Assembly (NCBI GenBank): GCA_937910285.1
Contig: CALEOC010000170.1
Coordinates: 26,000-89,999 of the forward strand
Direction: 5' to 3'
Source of the DNA: an uncultured Myxococcales bacterium
GTDB lineage: Bacteria; Myxococcota; Myxococcia; Myxococcales; UBA5297
DNA length: 64,000 nt
In this document: positions 17,695-29,430 of the stretch, one piece after another
Position numbering within the stretch: position 1 is the stretch's first letter
Layout: each line of letters starts with the position of its first letter
The notes under the pieces: generated by a model
Database searches by the model: none
What the model saw: the letters and a program-made list of their open reading frames with translations, nothing else
What the model was told of the DNA's origin: nothing
Program-made: the position numbers and the translations under genes

Positions 17695-18063
17695 CGCGAA
17701 AGGCCGCGCACTGTAGCGCCCTGTTGCAGCGAAGTGAACATAATTGCCGGCCGCGCAAACGCCCGGCGACAGGAGGGAAAGAGCGAAGTGGCGGCCCTCG
17801 GAAGCGAGCGGGCGCGGCGGCTGGTCGCGCGCCGCGGGCGCGGCCCGGTTGCCGCGCTCGCGTGGCCCTTTGGCCTCGGCGACGTCGGCCGCGTCGAATC
17901 GGTCAGCCCGTGCGCAGGCGCACCAACAAGGGGCGCCTCTTCACGACGGTCGAGAGTCGAGGGACGACGGTCGAGGGCCGGCGGGGAGCTTTGGCCATCG
18001 AGGGACCTGCTCTACCCGCGGAAGACTTGAGCTCGCGACAGCGCTTCTGCGCTCCAAGGTCTC

Positions 18064-18351
18064 TTAGACTCCGGCGTCCTCTTCGAACTCGAGGCCGGCA
18101 TCTTCCTCGGGCTCGAGACCGGCGTCTTCCTCGGGAAAGCCCGCGTCGTCCTCGGGCAGGCCCGCGTCGGGCGGCGGCTCGTAGACGATGCAGATGCCCT
18201 CCTTGCAGACGTAGCCCTCCAGGCACGTCTCGGTCTCGTCGCAGGGCTTGCCCTCGGGCTCGAAGTCGACGGCGAACGAGCACGCGAACGCACCGATAAG
18301 CACGAACGCGCAGAGGAGGTTGAATCGGTTGGCTCGCAAGGGCCTGTACAT
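18064..18351 (-). CDS. small Cys-knot lipoprotein with acidic EDAG repeats
   Basis: Internal ATG gives 95 aa. Signal and lipobox (LLCAFVLIGAFAC), then GKPCDETETCLEGYVCKEGIC, then PPDAGLPEDDAGFPEEDAGLEPEEDAGLEFEEDAG. Confidence 0.6.
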   Translation of the reverse strand: MYRPLRANRFNLLCAFVLIGAFACSFAVDFEPEGKPCDETETCLEGYVCKEGICIVYEPPPDAGLPEDDAGFPEEDAGLEPEEDAGLEFEEDAGV

Positions 18352-18380
18352 GGTCGTTCCTCGTGCGGTCATTCGTCCGG

Positions 18381-19919
18381 CTACCAGTCGCGCAGGTCGT
18401 CGTCGTCGCGCTCGCGCCTCTCGGAGGCCGGCACCACCTCGTCGTCGGCTCGCGGCGAGCGCGAGACGCGCCTGCGCTCCTCGATGCTCAGGTTCGACAG
18501 ATCGTCCTCGGCGATCCCTCGCCCGGTGATCGCCAGGAACAGGCCGGTGCCCCCGGCGATGATCGCGGCGAGATAGGAGACGTCGGCGATGAGCGCCGAG
18601 CGCCGCCCGTCGCTCTCGAGCGTCTTGTAGGTCTGGCTGATCTGAGGCTCCTGCAGGGTGTTGTAGCGGTCGTTCAGCGTGTTCGCGTCGAGCCCGAAGT
18701 AGACCCCCGAGCCGAGCGCGAGCGCTCCCAGACCGAGCAGAACATAACCGGTGTGCCGGGCGCGCCATTGGAACCCGCCTCCGGTCGTCGCGATAGCCTT
18801 GCCGCCCTCGCCGCGCCGGCGATCAGTCGAGAGGGCCTTGCGCAGGAAGCTGTCGGCGACCGGCTCGAAGCGCTGCTCGTCGTTGGGCAGCGGCTCCTCG
18901 ACATAGGCGTACTCGTGACCGTCGGCGGCGTCGATGCGCACCGCGAGGGCCGAGAGCTGATCTTTGTCCTTGGCCTGGACGCCGATGACCAGCACCTGGT
19001 CGACGCCGAGGTCCTTGGCGAGCTCGCGGGCGACCCTGTTGCGGCCCTTGCCGCGGAAGTCGTCCTTGATCCTGCGCACCTGGTCGCGGAAGCGCTCGAG
19101 CCCGGAGGCGGCCTGCAGGGTCTCGACCCGGGTGCCGCCGGCCCCCGGCCGCACGGTCTTCTGGAGCACCCTGTAGCCCGGGGAGACCACCGTGAGGACG
19201 TGGTCGCCGGCGGTCAGGTCGCGCAGCTCGACCGAAGAGATGCCGCGGTAGCGCCCGTCGATGTAGACCCGGCCAGGCACCGGGCGCACCTCGATGTCGA
19301 GGCCGAGGCCGCTTTGCGAGGTCAGGGCAGCGCGCCGGCGCTTGACCTGGGCGACGAAGTCCGGGGCGAAGAGGTTCGGGTCGAACGGCGTGTGCAGATC
19401 GAGCGGAAGGAGCCGCTCGACCTCGCGGTCGGCCGCGCCCGCCTCGGCGTTGGCGATGAGCGAGGCGATGCGCAGCATGCGCGCCCGGACCAGCTCGCCA
19501 AACGAGCGCGACAGGTCGCTCTTCTCATAGGAGGCGATCGCCTGATCGCACAGCTCCTTGGCCCGCTTCGGCTCGAGCTCGTCGTAGGCAGCGCGGGCCT
19601 TGCGGATCGCCTCGTCGGCGGCGGTCATCAGGCCGCGCTGGGTCTCGTGGCCCTCTGGATCGAGCGCCGAGGCCAGATCGCGCAGCTCCTGCCGCCCCAC
19701 CTCGAGGGCGAGCTTCTCGCCGAGATAGGCGAGCCTGGCAGCGGCGCGCGAGCTGTCGTCGAGGGCAAGGGCGACGACCGCCAGCCGAGGCGTGCGCGGC
19801 TTCGTCGGTGCGTAGAAGTCCGGCCCCGGCCCGCCGTCGGCGGCCCACGCAGGCGCCGCGAGGAGCCCGACCAAGACAGAAGCAACGGCCCGGAACCCCG
19901 AGCTGTGGCGATAGCGCAT
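18381..19919 (-). CDS. secreted/membrane-anchored PEGA-domain protein
   Basis: 512 aa. Signal peptide (VLVGLLAAPAWA). PEGA-like segment RPVPGRVYIDGRYRGISSVELRDLTAGDHVLTVVSPGY. Two C-terminal TM segments. Confidence 0.7.
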   Translation of the reverse strand: MRYRHSSGFRAVASVLVGLLAAPAWAADGGPGPDFYAPTKPRTPRLAVVALALDDSSRAAARLAYLGEKLALEVGRQELRDLASALDPEGHETQRGLMTAADEAIRKARAAYDELEPKRAKELCDQAIASYEKSDLSRSFGELVRARMLRIASLIANAEAGAADREVERLLPLDLHTPFDPNLFAPDFVAQVKRRRAALTSQSGLGLDIEVRPVPGRVYIDGRYRGISSVELRDLTAGDHVLTVVSPGYRVLQKTVRPGAGGTRVETLQAASGLERFRDQVRRIKDDFRGKGRNRVARELAKDLGVDQVLVIGVQAKDKDQLSALAVRIDAADGHEYAYVEEPLPNDEQRFEPVADSFLRKALSTDRRRGEGGKAIATTGGGFQWRARHTGYVLLGLGALALGSGVYFGLDANTLNDRYNTLQEPQISQTYKTLESDGRRSALIADVSYLAAIIAGGTGLFLAITGRGIAEDDLSNLSIEERRRVSRSPRADDEVVPASERRERDDDDLRDW

Positions 19920-19949
19920 GATTGCCGTCCTTCCCGGCCTCGTCCCGCC

Positions 19950-21323
19950 TCACAGGCTCTTCTTGCCCGAGGTGGCGCCGTTGGCCTTGAAGATTTGCCA
20001 GGTGCGCAGGTAGTCGAGAGCCGTCTTGAGGACGTAGTCCTCCTCGTCGCCCTTCGCCGTCGCCTCGACCTCGCCCTGACCGGCCGGCTGCAAGTGCTGC
20101 CGGGCAGGGAGCCTGCGCTCGAAATCATTGCCGAAGTGGTTCTCGAGGTCCACTTCGCGGGGCGCGATCGCCTCGCGACCGGCCTGGTCGGGACCGCTCA
20201 CCGCGACGTCCGGGGTGATGCCCTTCTCCTGAATGCTGCGGCCCCGGGGCGTGAAGTAGCGCGCGATGGTCAGCTTGAGGCCGCTGCCGTCCTCGAGCTC
20301 GATGAGCGTCTGCACGCTGCCCTTGCCAAAGGTCTGTGAGCCCATCAGCACCGCGCGGCCGTGATCCTGCAACGCGCCGGCGACGATCTCCGAGGCCGAG
20401 GCCGAGCCTCCGTTGACGAGGACGATCATCGGGTAGGGCGGCTCGGTGCCGCGCTCGTGGCTCTTCTCCTGCTCGACGTGCCGGTCGTTGCGGCCCTTGG
20501 TGGTGACGATGACCTGGCCGCCCGGCAGGAAGCGATCGGCCATGCGCACCGCCTGATCGAGCAGGCCGCCGGGGTTGTTGCGCAAATCGAGGATCAGCCC
20601 GCGCAGCTCGCCCCGGTTCTCCTTGCGCAGATCGTCGAGCGCGCGCCCGAGGTAGCGGTCGGTCTGCTCCTGGAAATTCTTCACCTTCACGTACCCGATG
20701 CCCTCGTACAGCCGGCCCTCGACCGAGACGACGCGGATGTGGTCGCGCACCACGATGAGGTCCCGCGGCGCGCTGAACCCGTCGCGCAGGATGGTGAGCA
20801 CGACCTTGGTGCCCGGCGGGCCGCGCATCTTGGCGACCACGGCCATCAGGTCGAGGTCGGTGGTCGGCTCGCCGTCGATCTTGAGGATGAGGTCGCCGGC
20901 GAGGACCCCGGCGCGCGCGGCGGGCGTGTCGTCGATGGGCGCGACCACGGTCAGGTAGTCGTTGCGCACCCCGTTGGCCACCTTGGGCTTCATCGTGACC
21001 TCGATGCCGAGGCCTCCGAACTCGCCCTTGGTGTCCATCTTCATCTCTCGAAAGACCTCGGCCGGCATGAAGACGGTGTGCGGGTCGAGCGTGGAGACCA
21101 TGCCCTTGATGGCGCCCGTCAGGAGCTGCTGCTCCGAGACGTGCTCGACGTAGTTGTTCTCGATGTGGGCCAGCACCCGCGTGAAGACCTCGAGGTGGCG
21201 GTAGGTACCCTCGCCGCCCGCGGCGAAGACCGCCCGGTCGACGGCCATTCCGCCGAAGAAGGCAAAGGGCGCGAGCAGCAGGACCGTCGCCCAGGTGCTT
21301 CGTGAGCGGCGCGGATACGACAC
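19950..21323 (-). CDS. ctpA: S41 family C-terminal processing peptidase
   Basis: 457 aa with a GTG start behind GGGAGG. PDZ region (GGLGIEV...GDLILKIDG). Catalytic region VLVNGGSASASEIVAGAL and TFGKGSVQ. Confidence 0.9.
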   Translation of the reverse strand: MSYPRRSRSTWATVLLLAPFAFFGGMAVDRAVFAAGGEGTYRHLEVFTRVLAHIENNYVEHVSEQQLLTGAIKGMVSTLDPHTVFMPAEVFREMKMDTKGEFGGLGIEVTMKPKVANGVRNDYLTVVAPIDDTPAARAGVLAGDLILKIDGEPTTDLDLMAVVAKMRGPPGTKVVLTILRDGFSAPRDLIVVRDHIRVVSVEGRLYEGIGYVKVKNFQEQTDRYLGRALDDLRKENRGELRGLILDLRNNPGGLLDQAVRMADRFLPGGQVIVTTKGRNDRHVEQEKSHERGTEPPYPMIVLVNGGSASASEIVAGALQDHGRAVLMGSQTFGKGSVQTLIELEDGSGLKLTIARYFTPRGRSIQEKGITPDVAVSGPDQAGREAIAPREVDLENHFGNDFERRLPARQHLQPAGQGEVEATAKGDEEDYVLKTALDYLRTWQIFKANGATSGKKSL

Positions 21324-21436
21324 CGAAGACCTCCCTGTCGTGGACTTGGACGCAGCTTAGCACCGCACGCCCTGGGCGCCTTGCCCTAGAGCTCCCCCCC
21401 GGCCACCCGAAGCTCGAGGGGTAGGCCGCTCGTCAA

Positions 21437-22309
21437 CTACTTGGGAACCCGAACGACCCCACGCCGCTCGAGGAAGCTGTTGATCCGCTTGCACAACTCC
21501 TTGGGCCGCTCGAGCTGGGGAGCATGGCCAAAGCCCTTGACCTCCTGCACCTCGGCATCGGGTGGCAGATGCGCCTTGAAGAAGCCGACCCCTGCGTACG
21601 GCAGCAGCCGCTCGCTGCGACCCCACAGCAGTAGCGTCGGAGGCCGCAACGACTCGAGCTCCTCGGCACTCAGCCCAGCCGAGGCAGCGGCGTCCTGCAG
21701 CAGGCGGCGCACCGCCGGCGAGCTCATCCGCTCGCGCATCGCATACGCGGTGATCAGCCGGAAGAGCGGCGGCCGATGGAAGACGCGGCCTGCGAGCGCG
21801 AGCGCCTGACCGAGGGTGCGCACGCCGAGCCGCTCGACGACCTTGTCGAGCCCGACCTGCGCTCCGGCAGGGGCGACGAGCACCAGCGCGGCGACCGACT
21901 CGGGGTGACGCACCGCGAACCGTACGGCCATTGCGCCGCCGAGCGAGTTGCCGACGAGGACCGCGGGGCGGCGCACCTCCTCGGTCACGAAGCGCTCGAA
22001 GAACGAGAACGACTCGTCAATGCCCGGCGGGCCGGCCTTCGGGAGCGGCGAGAACCCGGCTCCGGGCAGGTCGACCGCTATGACGCGCATCGCCCGCCGA
22101 TCGAGGCCGAAGAAACAACCCGACCAGTCGAGAGAGCTGCCACCGAGGCCGTGCAGCAACACGACCGGCGGGCCGTCCCAGCGGCCCGCGAGGTCCAAGA
22201 AGTGAATCCGCTCGCCCGCGAGGTCGACGAGCATGGAGCGCACCCCGCGCTTGACAAGACGGCGCCTCGCGAGCGCGATTGCCAGGGACTCGATCGACCT
22301 GTTCTCCAT
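21437..22309 (-). CDS. alpha/beta-fold hydrolase
   Basis: 290 aa from MENRS. Motifs VVLLHGLGGS, nucleophile elbow VGNSLGG and GFGHAPQLE. Confidence 0.85.
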   Translation of the reverse strand: MENRSIESLAIALARRRLVKRGVRSMLVDLAGERIHFLDLAGRWDGPPVVLLHGLGGSSLDWSGCFFGLDRRAMRVIAVDLPGAGFSPLPKAGPPGIDESFSFFERFVTEEVRRPAVLVGNSLGGAMAVRFAVRHPESVAALVLVAPAGAQVGLDKVVERLGVRTLGQALALAGRVFHRPPLFRLITAYAMRERMSSPAVRRLLQDAAASAGLSAEELESLRPPTLLLWGRSERLLPYAGVGFFKAHLPPDAEVQEVKGFGHAPQLERPKELCKRINSFLERRGVVRVPK

Positions 22310-22343
22310 AGTGGACCTCGCCGACTCGAGCTCATGCCGGAGC

Positions 22344-23474
22344 CTACTTCGACCCGAGCCACCCCTTCGGATCGATGGGTTTGCCCTTCTTGCGCAGCTC
22401 GAAATACAGGTAGGCGCCCTTGAGCGACCCGGTGTCGCCGACCTGGCCGATGACCGCGCCCGCTTCGACCGCCTCACCCGCCTGCCGTCCGATGGAAGCC
22501 AGGTGCGCATAGAGCGTGTGAAAGCCGTCCCCGTGGTCGACGATCACCAGGTTGCCGTAGCCGCGAAAAGCGCTGGCGTGGACAACGGTGCCCTCGGCGA
22601 CCGCCTTCACGTCGGTGCCCTCAGGTGCGCGCAGATCGAGGCCATTCTGGTAGGTGACCGTGTTGAACTTGGGGTTGAGCACCTTGCCGAAGCCGACCTC
22701 GATGTGGCCGTCGGTCGGAAACGGCAGCTTGCCCTTGAGCTTTGCGAAACCCTCGCCCTCGCCCGTCGGATCGAGCTGGCGCACGTGGCGCGACAGCTTC
22801 GCCTGGGCCTTGTACAGCTCCCCGAGCGTCTTCTCGCGAAGCCCCTGCTCGGCCAACAGTGCGTCGTGGAGGGCGGCGAGCTCATCCTTGCGTCTTTTGG
22901 CCTGAGAGCGTCGTTCGAGCGCGGCCTTGGCTCGCTCCTCCTGTTCGAGCTTGGCCGCCACCAGCTCAAGGCGGCGGACCTCGAACCGCTCGAAGCTCGA
23001 ACGGGCAAGCTCGAGCATCCGCAGGTCACCGGCGAGGACATCCTCGAGGGCGCGCTTGCGGCGCAGCAGCTCGCCCACCGATCTCGCCGACATGAGCAGG
23101 CTCGCCCGGCGCGCCTTGCTGAGCTGGTAGCGGGCCTGCAGCCGCGGCGCAAGCAGATCGAGCTGGGCGATGAGCGCATCGCGCGCGGCCTGCTCGTCGA
23201 GCTCGGCCGACGCCACCTTGGCACCGGCGGCCTTGACCTCGGCCTCCGCCTGATGGGCGGCCTTCTGCAGCTCGCGCAGGGCAGCCTCGGCCGCCGCCAA
23301 CTCGTCGAGGACGGAGACGGCCTTGTCGCGCAGCTTCTCGAGCGCCTCTTCGCTCGCCTTGACCTCGGCCTCGACCTGCTCGGAGGTCTTCTCGGGCCCC
23401 TCGGCCCACGCCGGAGCGGCAGTCATTCCGAGCGAGGCGAGGACGAGGAAGGCTGCGACCGCCCGAGCGCGCAT
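22344..23474 (-). CDS. envC: murein hydrolase activator EnvC-like (coiled-coil plus M23/LytM domain)
   Basis: 376 aa. Signal peptide, a long coiled-coil region and an M23 domain (GLDLRAPEGTDVKAVAEGTVV...VIVDHGDGFHTLYAHL). Its ATG overlaps the ftsX stop (ATGA at 23474). Confidence 0.85.
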   Translation of the reverse strand: MRARAVAAFLVLASLGMTAAPAWAEGPEKTSEQVEAEVKASEEALEKLRDKAVSVLDELAAAEAALRELQKAAHQAEAEVKAAGAKVASAELDEQAARDALIAQLDLLAPRLQARYQLSKARRASLLMSARSVGELLRRKRALEDVLAGDLRMLELARSSFERFEVRRLELVAAKLEQEERAKAALERRSQAKRRKDELAALHDALLAEQGLREKTLGELYKAQAKLSRHVRQLDPTGEGEGFAKLKGKLPFPTDGHIEVGFGKVLNPKFNTVTYQNGLDLRAPEGTDVKAVAEGTVVHASAFRGYGNLVIVDHGDGFHTLYAHLASIGRQAGEAVEAGAVIGQVGDTGSLKGAYLYFELRKKGKPIDPKGWLGSK

Positions 23475-24367
23475 CAGAGCCTCAGGAAGCGGCGCACCGC
23501 GACGAAGCTGCCGACGAGGCCAAGGCAGGTGCCTACCACGCATAGCTCGAGCCAGCCGTGCAGGTCGACGAGCTGGGGGAAGACGAGCCCGCCGAAGATG
23601 AAGGAGAGCGCCTCGGAGAGCCTCGGGCCCATGTAGCGCGAGAAGGCGTGAAGCCCGCCGGCGGCGAGCGAGGCGCCGAAGAGCCCCTGGATGATGCCCT
23701 CGAAGAGGAACGGCGCCTTGACGAAGGCGTCGGTGGCGCCGACGAGCTTCTGGATCTCTATCTCCTCGCGGCGCGCGTAGATGGCGAGCTGCAAGGTGGC
23801 GGCGACGACCACCACGGCGGCAGCAAGGACGATGAGCAGCACCAACGCGCCGGCACCCCGGGCCGCGGTGGCCAGCGACTCGAGCCTCTCCAGCCACTCG
23901 CGCCCGTACTCGACCGATTCGATCTCCGGCGCCTGGGCCCAGCGGGCAGCGAGTACCGCGATGGCGCTCGCGCTGCGCTGACCGGCCGGAGGGTTGAGCT
24001 CGACGGACCAGGGCAGAGGGTTCTTCGGCAGGTTCTCGAGCACACCGCCCGCTTCGCCGAATTCGGCGCGCAGCCGCTCGATCGCCGCCTCCGGAGTGAC
24101 CAGCCGGACTTGTCCGCCTTCCTCCTGCCCAACCCGCACGACGAGCGCCTGCGCGGCCTCCGGCGTGACCTCGCTCTTCAGATAGAGGGTGATTTCGGCC
24201 TCGGCGCCCCACGAGTCGAGCACCGAGTTGACGATGCGCACCCCGTGGCGCGACAGGCCGGCAGAGAAGAGCGCGACCCCTATCGCGAGCGAGGCGACGA
24301 AGTGGACGAACGGGCTCATCCGGAGCCCGGCGAACGCCGCGCGCAGGAAGTAGAGCAGCTTGACCAC
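23474..24367 (-). CDS. ftsX: cell-division ABC transporter permease FtsX
   Basis: 297 aa. Topology is TM1, a periplasmic loop and three C-terminal TM segments. Motif EIEIQKLVGATDAFVKAPFLFEG is typical of FtsX. Sits between ftsE and envC. Confidence 0.9.
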   Translation of the reverse strand: MVKLLYFLRAAFAGLRMSPFVHFVASLAIGVALFSAGLSRHGVRIVNSVLDSWGAEAEITLYLKSEVTPEAAQALVVRVGQEEGGQVRLVTPEAAIERLRAEFGEAGGVLENLPKNPLPWSVELNPPAGQRSASAIAVLAARWAQAPEIESVEYGREWLERLESLATAARGAGALVLLIVLAAAVVVVAATLQLAIYARREEIEIQKLVGATDAFVKAPFLFEGIIQGLFGASLAAGGLHAFSRYMGPRLSEALSFIFGGLVFPQLVDLHGWLELCVVGTCLGLVGSFVAVRRFLRL

Positions 24368-24428
24368 TAGGCACGCTCCCCTTTGGAGCGGCGGCGCGGC
24401 GATGCAGCGGCGTTATGGCCGCGCGGCA

Positions 24429-25115
<687 letters not shown>

Positions 25116-25570
25116 GGCGTCGGGGCGGAGGCGCGCCGAGTCCCCGCGACTTCCGGAGCGAGAGCGCTTTCGAGGTTGAAAAGTGTTTACCACGAAGCAA
25201 CCGCTTCGGGAGCGCGCGGTCGCGAGGCAGGGCAGTCCTCGCGCAAACGCTACAACAAGCGGCCAGGCGCGAGACCGGGCAGACGATCCGGGAGGCGAGG
25301 CCCGGTCTTTCGCACCCCTCGTGGTCGCTGCCTCACAGCGCCTGCTCTCTGGGGCCGAGACCGTTCGCGGACCGGCCGCAGGCTGTCGGGGCTTCGTTCG
25401 CCCGGCGCCGCAGGACTGCGCGGGCGCTGGCCGACTGGATCAAGAGCGCCCCATGCCCCCGGCCACAAGCAGAAGACACGACCCGCGACGAGAGGACTCG
25501 GATCTGGAGACGAGGGGAACTTGCCGAGCAGTGCTATCGTCGCCTGCGTGCTCTCCTACGGAGTCTCCTT

Positions 25571-27748
25571 GTGGGCAACTCTCAGACATTCGGCAAGTTT
25601 CATCTCGTAGGCAAGCTTGCCACCGGCGGCATGGCCGAAGTCTTCCTGGCCAAGGTCGATGGTCCAGCCGGTTTTCAGAAGACGCTCGTCCTGAAGCGCA
25701 TCCTTCCCCACCTCGCTGAGGACGAGCGCTTCGTCGAGATGTTTCTCAACGAGGCGCGCCTCGCCGCCCGTCTCAACCACCCGAACATCGTTACCATCTT
25801 CGAGCTCGGAGAGGAGGAAGACAGCTACTTCATCGCCATGGAGTACATCGACGGCCCGAACCTGCGCACCTTGGGCCGCAGCGCGGCCAGGTCCGGCCGC
25901 CCCATCCCGGTCGAGCACGCCGCGAAGATCATCTCTCTGGCGTGCGAAGGCCTTGGCTTCGCCCACGACTTCGCCGACGACAGTGGCCAACCGCTCAACC
26001 TCATCCACCGCGACGTCAGCCCCGACAACATCCTGCTGTCGCGCGCCGGAGGGGTGAAAGTCGTCGACTTCGGCATCGTGAAGGCAGCAAACCAATCGCA
26101 CCTGACGCAGACCGGCACTATCAAGGGCAAGCTTTCCTACATGGCACCCGAGCAGGCCCGCGGAATGCCGCTCGATCGCAGGGCCGACATCTTCTCGCTC
26201 GGCGTCGTTCTCTACGAGCTCATCGCGGGGATGAAGCCCTTCGATTCGACGAGCGAGGTCGCCGCACTGCAGGCCATCCTCTTCGCCCCCCCTGCACCTC
26301 TTCTCGAAAAGCGTCCCGACTGTCCCCCTGCGTTGTCGGCCATCATCGAGCGGGCTCTGCAGAAAGACCGCGAGGATCGCTACTCGGACTGCCGCGCCAT
26401 GCAGTTGGATCTCGAGCGCTTCCTGATGGAGTGCGGCACTCCGATCGGCGCCTACGATCTGTCGAAGCTGGTCGCCGAGCTGTCACCGTCCGGCCCGCCG
26501 GCATTGCGGACAGCCCCGCCGGGGCCAGCCATCCCCCCGCAACGGGACGCTGCGGCCGCCGCTTCTCCTCTGCCGCCGCAGGACGCTTCGCCCGACAGCG
26601 AGTTGGAGGAGCCCACCGAGCTCAGGCAAGAGCAGGAGTCACCGCCACCGGTCGCCCCCCGCGCCTGCTCCATTGCGGCTGAGGCGACGCGGCTCAAGTC
26701 CAAACCGGCGGACCCACCGTCCCTTGCGCGGCAGGTCCTCGAACATGCCGAGCAAAGGCCCGCCTCCGCTAGTCGACGAAGCAACAAGCCGGTGCTCATC
26801 GGCGTCAGCCTCGGCCTCGCGCTCGCCGTGGCGGCGGCCGGCTACGCACTCTTCGGCGACGAGCTGTCGACCGATGCAATGCGCCTCGCCCCCTCACTCG
26901 AGCCCACTCCCATCGCCGAGCAGAAAGCCGACACCCCGTCCGCCTTGGCGATCGAGCCGCCGGCGACACCTCCGGACACTGGTCGCGCCGCCGCAGCCGA
27001 GCCGGAGCCGACCGAAGGAGCGCCTCCGGGCACCGGTTCCACCGCCGCCGCCGCGCCGGAGCCGGTCGAAGAGGCGCCTCCAGGCACCGGTTCCACCGCC
27101 GCAGCCAAGCCGGAGCCGGCCGAAGAAGCGCCTCCGACCGTTGCGAAATCGCCCAAGCCTGACGCAACGAAGCCAACCTCAGGCAGACCGGGCCGTGGCT
27201 CTAGGGGCACCAAGACCGCGTCTTCCCTGCCGACGAACCCGGCCCCTGTCCGCGGACAACCCCTTCGGAGCGAGCCGGTTGTCGCTCAGGGTCGACTCAG
27301 CGAGAAGGATTCACCTCCGGTGGCTGTGCAGAGCGCCACTCTGGTCGTCCGGACGGACCCGCCCTGCCTGGTCAGCGTTGACGGCACGAACCATGGCACC
27401 ACACCGGTTCGGCTCGCGGAGCTATCGCCCGGGCCTCACGCCCTGGTGGTCCACAACGCGGCCGAGAACCTGGAGCGAAAGCTCACCGTCACCCTCGCGC
27501 CCGGCGAAAGCAGAACCGAGACGATCACCTTCGGCACTGCCAAGCTCGTCTTCCGCGTGCGGCCCTGGGCGCGAGTCGAAATCGACGGCAGGGCGCGCGG
27601 GGTGACCCCGCTTCCCGATGGGATCACTGTCTACGAGGGCGAGCACCGGGTGCGCTTGTACAATCCGGATTTGAAGAAGGAAGTTATCCGCACGGTATGG
27701 ATTAGGGCCGGGGAAGACCTGCCCATCAAAGCAGACCTCGAGAGGTAG
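25571..27748 (+). CDS. Ser/Thr protein kinase with long Pro/Ala linker and two C-terminal PEGA-like domains
   Basis: 725 aa with a GTG start. Kinase motifs [27 protein letters not shown] and YMAPEQ. A TM segment follows the linker. C-terminal PEGA-like segments ([15 protein letters not shown]..., [13 protein letters not shown]...). Confidence 0.9.
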   Translation: MGNSQTFGKFHLVGKLATGGMAEVFLAKVDGPAGFQKTLVLKRILPHLAEDERFVEMFLNEARLAARLNHPNIVTIFELGEEEDSYFIAMEYIDGPNLRTLGRSAARSGRPIPVEHAAKIISLACEGLGFAHDFADDSGQPLNLIHRDVSPDNILLSRAGGVKVVDFGIVKAANQSHLTQTGTIKGKLSYMAPEQARGMPLDRRADIFSLGVVLYELIAGMKPFDSTSEVAALQAILFAPPAPLLEKRPDCPPALSAIIERALQKDREDRYSDCRAMQLDLERFLMECGTPIGAYDLSKLVAELSPSGPPALRTAPPGPAIPPQRDAAAAASPLPPQDASPDSELEEPTELRQEQESPPPVAPRACSIAAEATRLKSKPADPPSLARQVLEHAEQRPASASRRSNKPVLIGVSLGLALAVAAAGYALFGDELSTDAMRLAPSLEPTPIAEQKADTPSALAIEPPATPPDTGRAAAAEPEPTEGAPPGTGSTAAAAPEPVEEAPPGTGSTAAAKPEPAEEAPPTVAKSPKPDATKPTSGRPGRGSRGTKTASSLPTNPAPVRGQPLRSEPVVAQGRLSEKDSPPVAVQSATLVVRTDPPCLVSVDGTNHGTTPVRLAELSPGPHALVVHNAAENLERKLTVTLAPGESRTETITFGTAKLVFRVRPWARVEIDGRARGVTPLPDGITVYEGEHRVRLYNPDLKKEVIRTVWIRAGEDLPIKADLER
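26997..27140 (+). repeat. in-frame 54-bp tandem repeat (about 2.6 copies) in the kinase linker
   Basis: CCGGAGCC recurs at 27003, 27057 and 27111. It encodes [18 protein letters not shown] / [18 protein letters not shown] / [10 protein letters not shown]. Confidence 0.7.
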
Positions 27749-28006
27749 CAAGACCCCACGCCAGTTCACCGTTCGCCGCCACCCGGCAAAGGCTCACCAC
27801 CGCGCCCGAGAGCGCCACGCGCGCTGTCGAGCACTCTCAGCATCGACAGCGCCGCGGCTCGTGACGTGGGCGCCGGCTGCGAAGCCGACTGCCACCGGAA
27901 CCCTCTCGCAGACCAACTTGTTGGCCCGAAGGAGCGCAAGCTCAGAAGACGGTCGTGTCGCCCGCGCTCGTGGTCGACGGATTACAGGGGTGCAGCCCGC
28001 CGCCGG

Positions 28007-29014
28007 TCAGTCAAAGGGGTCAAAAGGGTCGCGCTCGCTTTCATCACGCCTCGCCGGCGCCGCCGCCGGCTCCAGCTCAGGAGTGCTGTCCACCTGCGAG
28101 TTCGAGGATGACTCGGTCGATGGGCCGCCTGCCAGGAACGAGATGATTCCGCCGACGACGGCGGTCCCGGCCGCTCCGAAGAGGATGTTGGCGGTGAGCG
28201 CCTGCCCTTGGGCTGCATCGAGCCTGCTCGCGGCATCGCTCTGGAAATGGGCGTCTTCGGCCTCAGCCGCCGTACTCGATGAGCGCGCGCCGAAAAAGGC
28301 GCCGCTGCCGGCGAGCACCGCGCCGGCGCCAACCAGGACGTATGCGAGCACACGACCTGAAGTCGTGTAGGTCTCCACCTGGCTTGGAGACCGGCCGCTG
28401 ATCGCTTCCGCGGGAACCGGCTCGGAATGGGCGAGAAGCACCCGCGCCCTCTCCTCACCCGAGGGTGGCGCGACTTCGGCCTTCCTCCCCTGGTCCGACT
28501 CGGGAGGGTGGACGGCGGACGACACCCCGGCCGACCGAGCGAGATTCGGATCGGAGGCCGGCGCGGGCTTCTCCGCGGGCGCGGAAGGCGTCGAAGCTAC
28601 CGGTGGCTCGGCGGGGGCCATGGCGACTGGCGGAGGCACGATTGGAATGGTCGCGAGGACTTGGTCGCGGGCGCTCTCGAAGACGACGGCGACCTTGGGC
28701 GAGACCTTCGCCGGAAGCTCGAGCTTCGGATCGAGCCGCAGGGCAGTCATGAAGTCAGCCCGGGCTCCTTCTTCGTCGCCGAGCTCCATGCGGATGTACC
28801 CGAGCCACAGTCCGATTTGGATCTTGTCGAACCGCGCGTTGTTCTCGAGGCTCGCCGCTTTCTTGAGCTGCTCGAGCGCCGCCTCGTATTCGAAGTCAAG
28901 GTAGAGGTCGATACCCGCCTGGAGATACGGGTTCGTGCTGTTGGCGAGGGCCGGCGCACCCGACACCGCGGTGACGATTGCCGTCGCCAGCACCAGGCAG
29001 CGTGCGGTTGTCAT
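28007..29014 (-). CDS. secreted TPR-like / proline-rich membrane-anchored protein
   Basis: 335 aa from MTTARC, with AGGAGG-type SD (ACAGGAGGGA) upstream. Signal peptide, one TPR-like helix pair (YLDFEYEAALEQLKKA...GDEEGARADFMTALRLDP), a Pro/Ala linker and two Gly/Ala-rich TM segments. Confidence 0.6.
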   Translation of the reverse strand: MTTARCLVLATAIVTAVSGAPALANSTNPYLQAGIDLYLDFEYEAALEQLKKAASLENNARFDKIQIGLWLGYIRMELGDEEGARADFMTALRLDPKLELPAKVSPKVAVVFESARDQVLATIPIVPPPVAMAPAEPPVASTPSAPAEKPAPASDPNLARSAGVSSAVHPPESDQGRKAEVAPPSGEERARVLLAHSEPVPAEAISGRSPSQVETYTTSGRVLAYVLVGAGAVLAGSGAFFGARSSSTAAEAEDAHFQSDAASRLDAAQGQALTANILFGAAGTAVVGGIISFLAGGPSTESSSNSQVDSTPELEPAAAPARRDESERDPFDPFD

Positions 29015-29430
29015 GTCGTGTCCCTCCTGTGTCTTTCCCTCTGAGCACCGGCGAGCGGCGTCATCGCCGAGCGTCGGGCTTCGTGCTCTGCCAGTGCGTC
29101 CATCGCCCTCGGACAGCAGTGCGAACAGCTCCCGAAGGCCATCATCCACGAATTCGCATGACTCGTCAGTCTAAGCGAAGCGCCAGGACTACAACCAGTT
29201 TGCTCGACTTTCGAGGGGAATGCATTGCCGCTATCGCCCGCAACTCGCGCGATCGAAGCGATCGCCTTTCCGACCTTCGCCGAAGTCCTCTTGCCCGAGC
29301 CGAGATGTGCCCGCGCACGGAGCCATCGTCCTCATGACTGATTGCAGAGATGTACCGAGTTTAGTTGAAGCTGGGTGCATTCGAATCGGCCTACAGTAGG
29401 ACGTCAATTCCCCCGTGCCACGGAGACGCC

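Noticed and set aside
23475-24374. Upstream part of the 676-aa ORF 22344-24374
   Set aside because: It overlaps ftsX in a different frame. The EnvC-like signal peptide starts at the Met at 23474, which is coupled to the ftsX stop.
27823-27850. 8-bp stem hairpin (GCTGTCGA / TCGACAGC) between the convergent kinase and TPR-like genes, as a terminator
   Set aside because: The loop is 12 nt, the stem is short and there is no U-tract on either side. The support is too weak to list as a feature.
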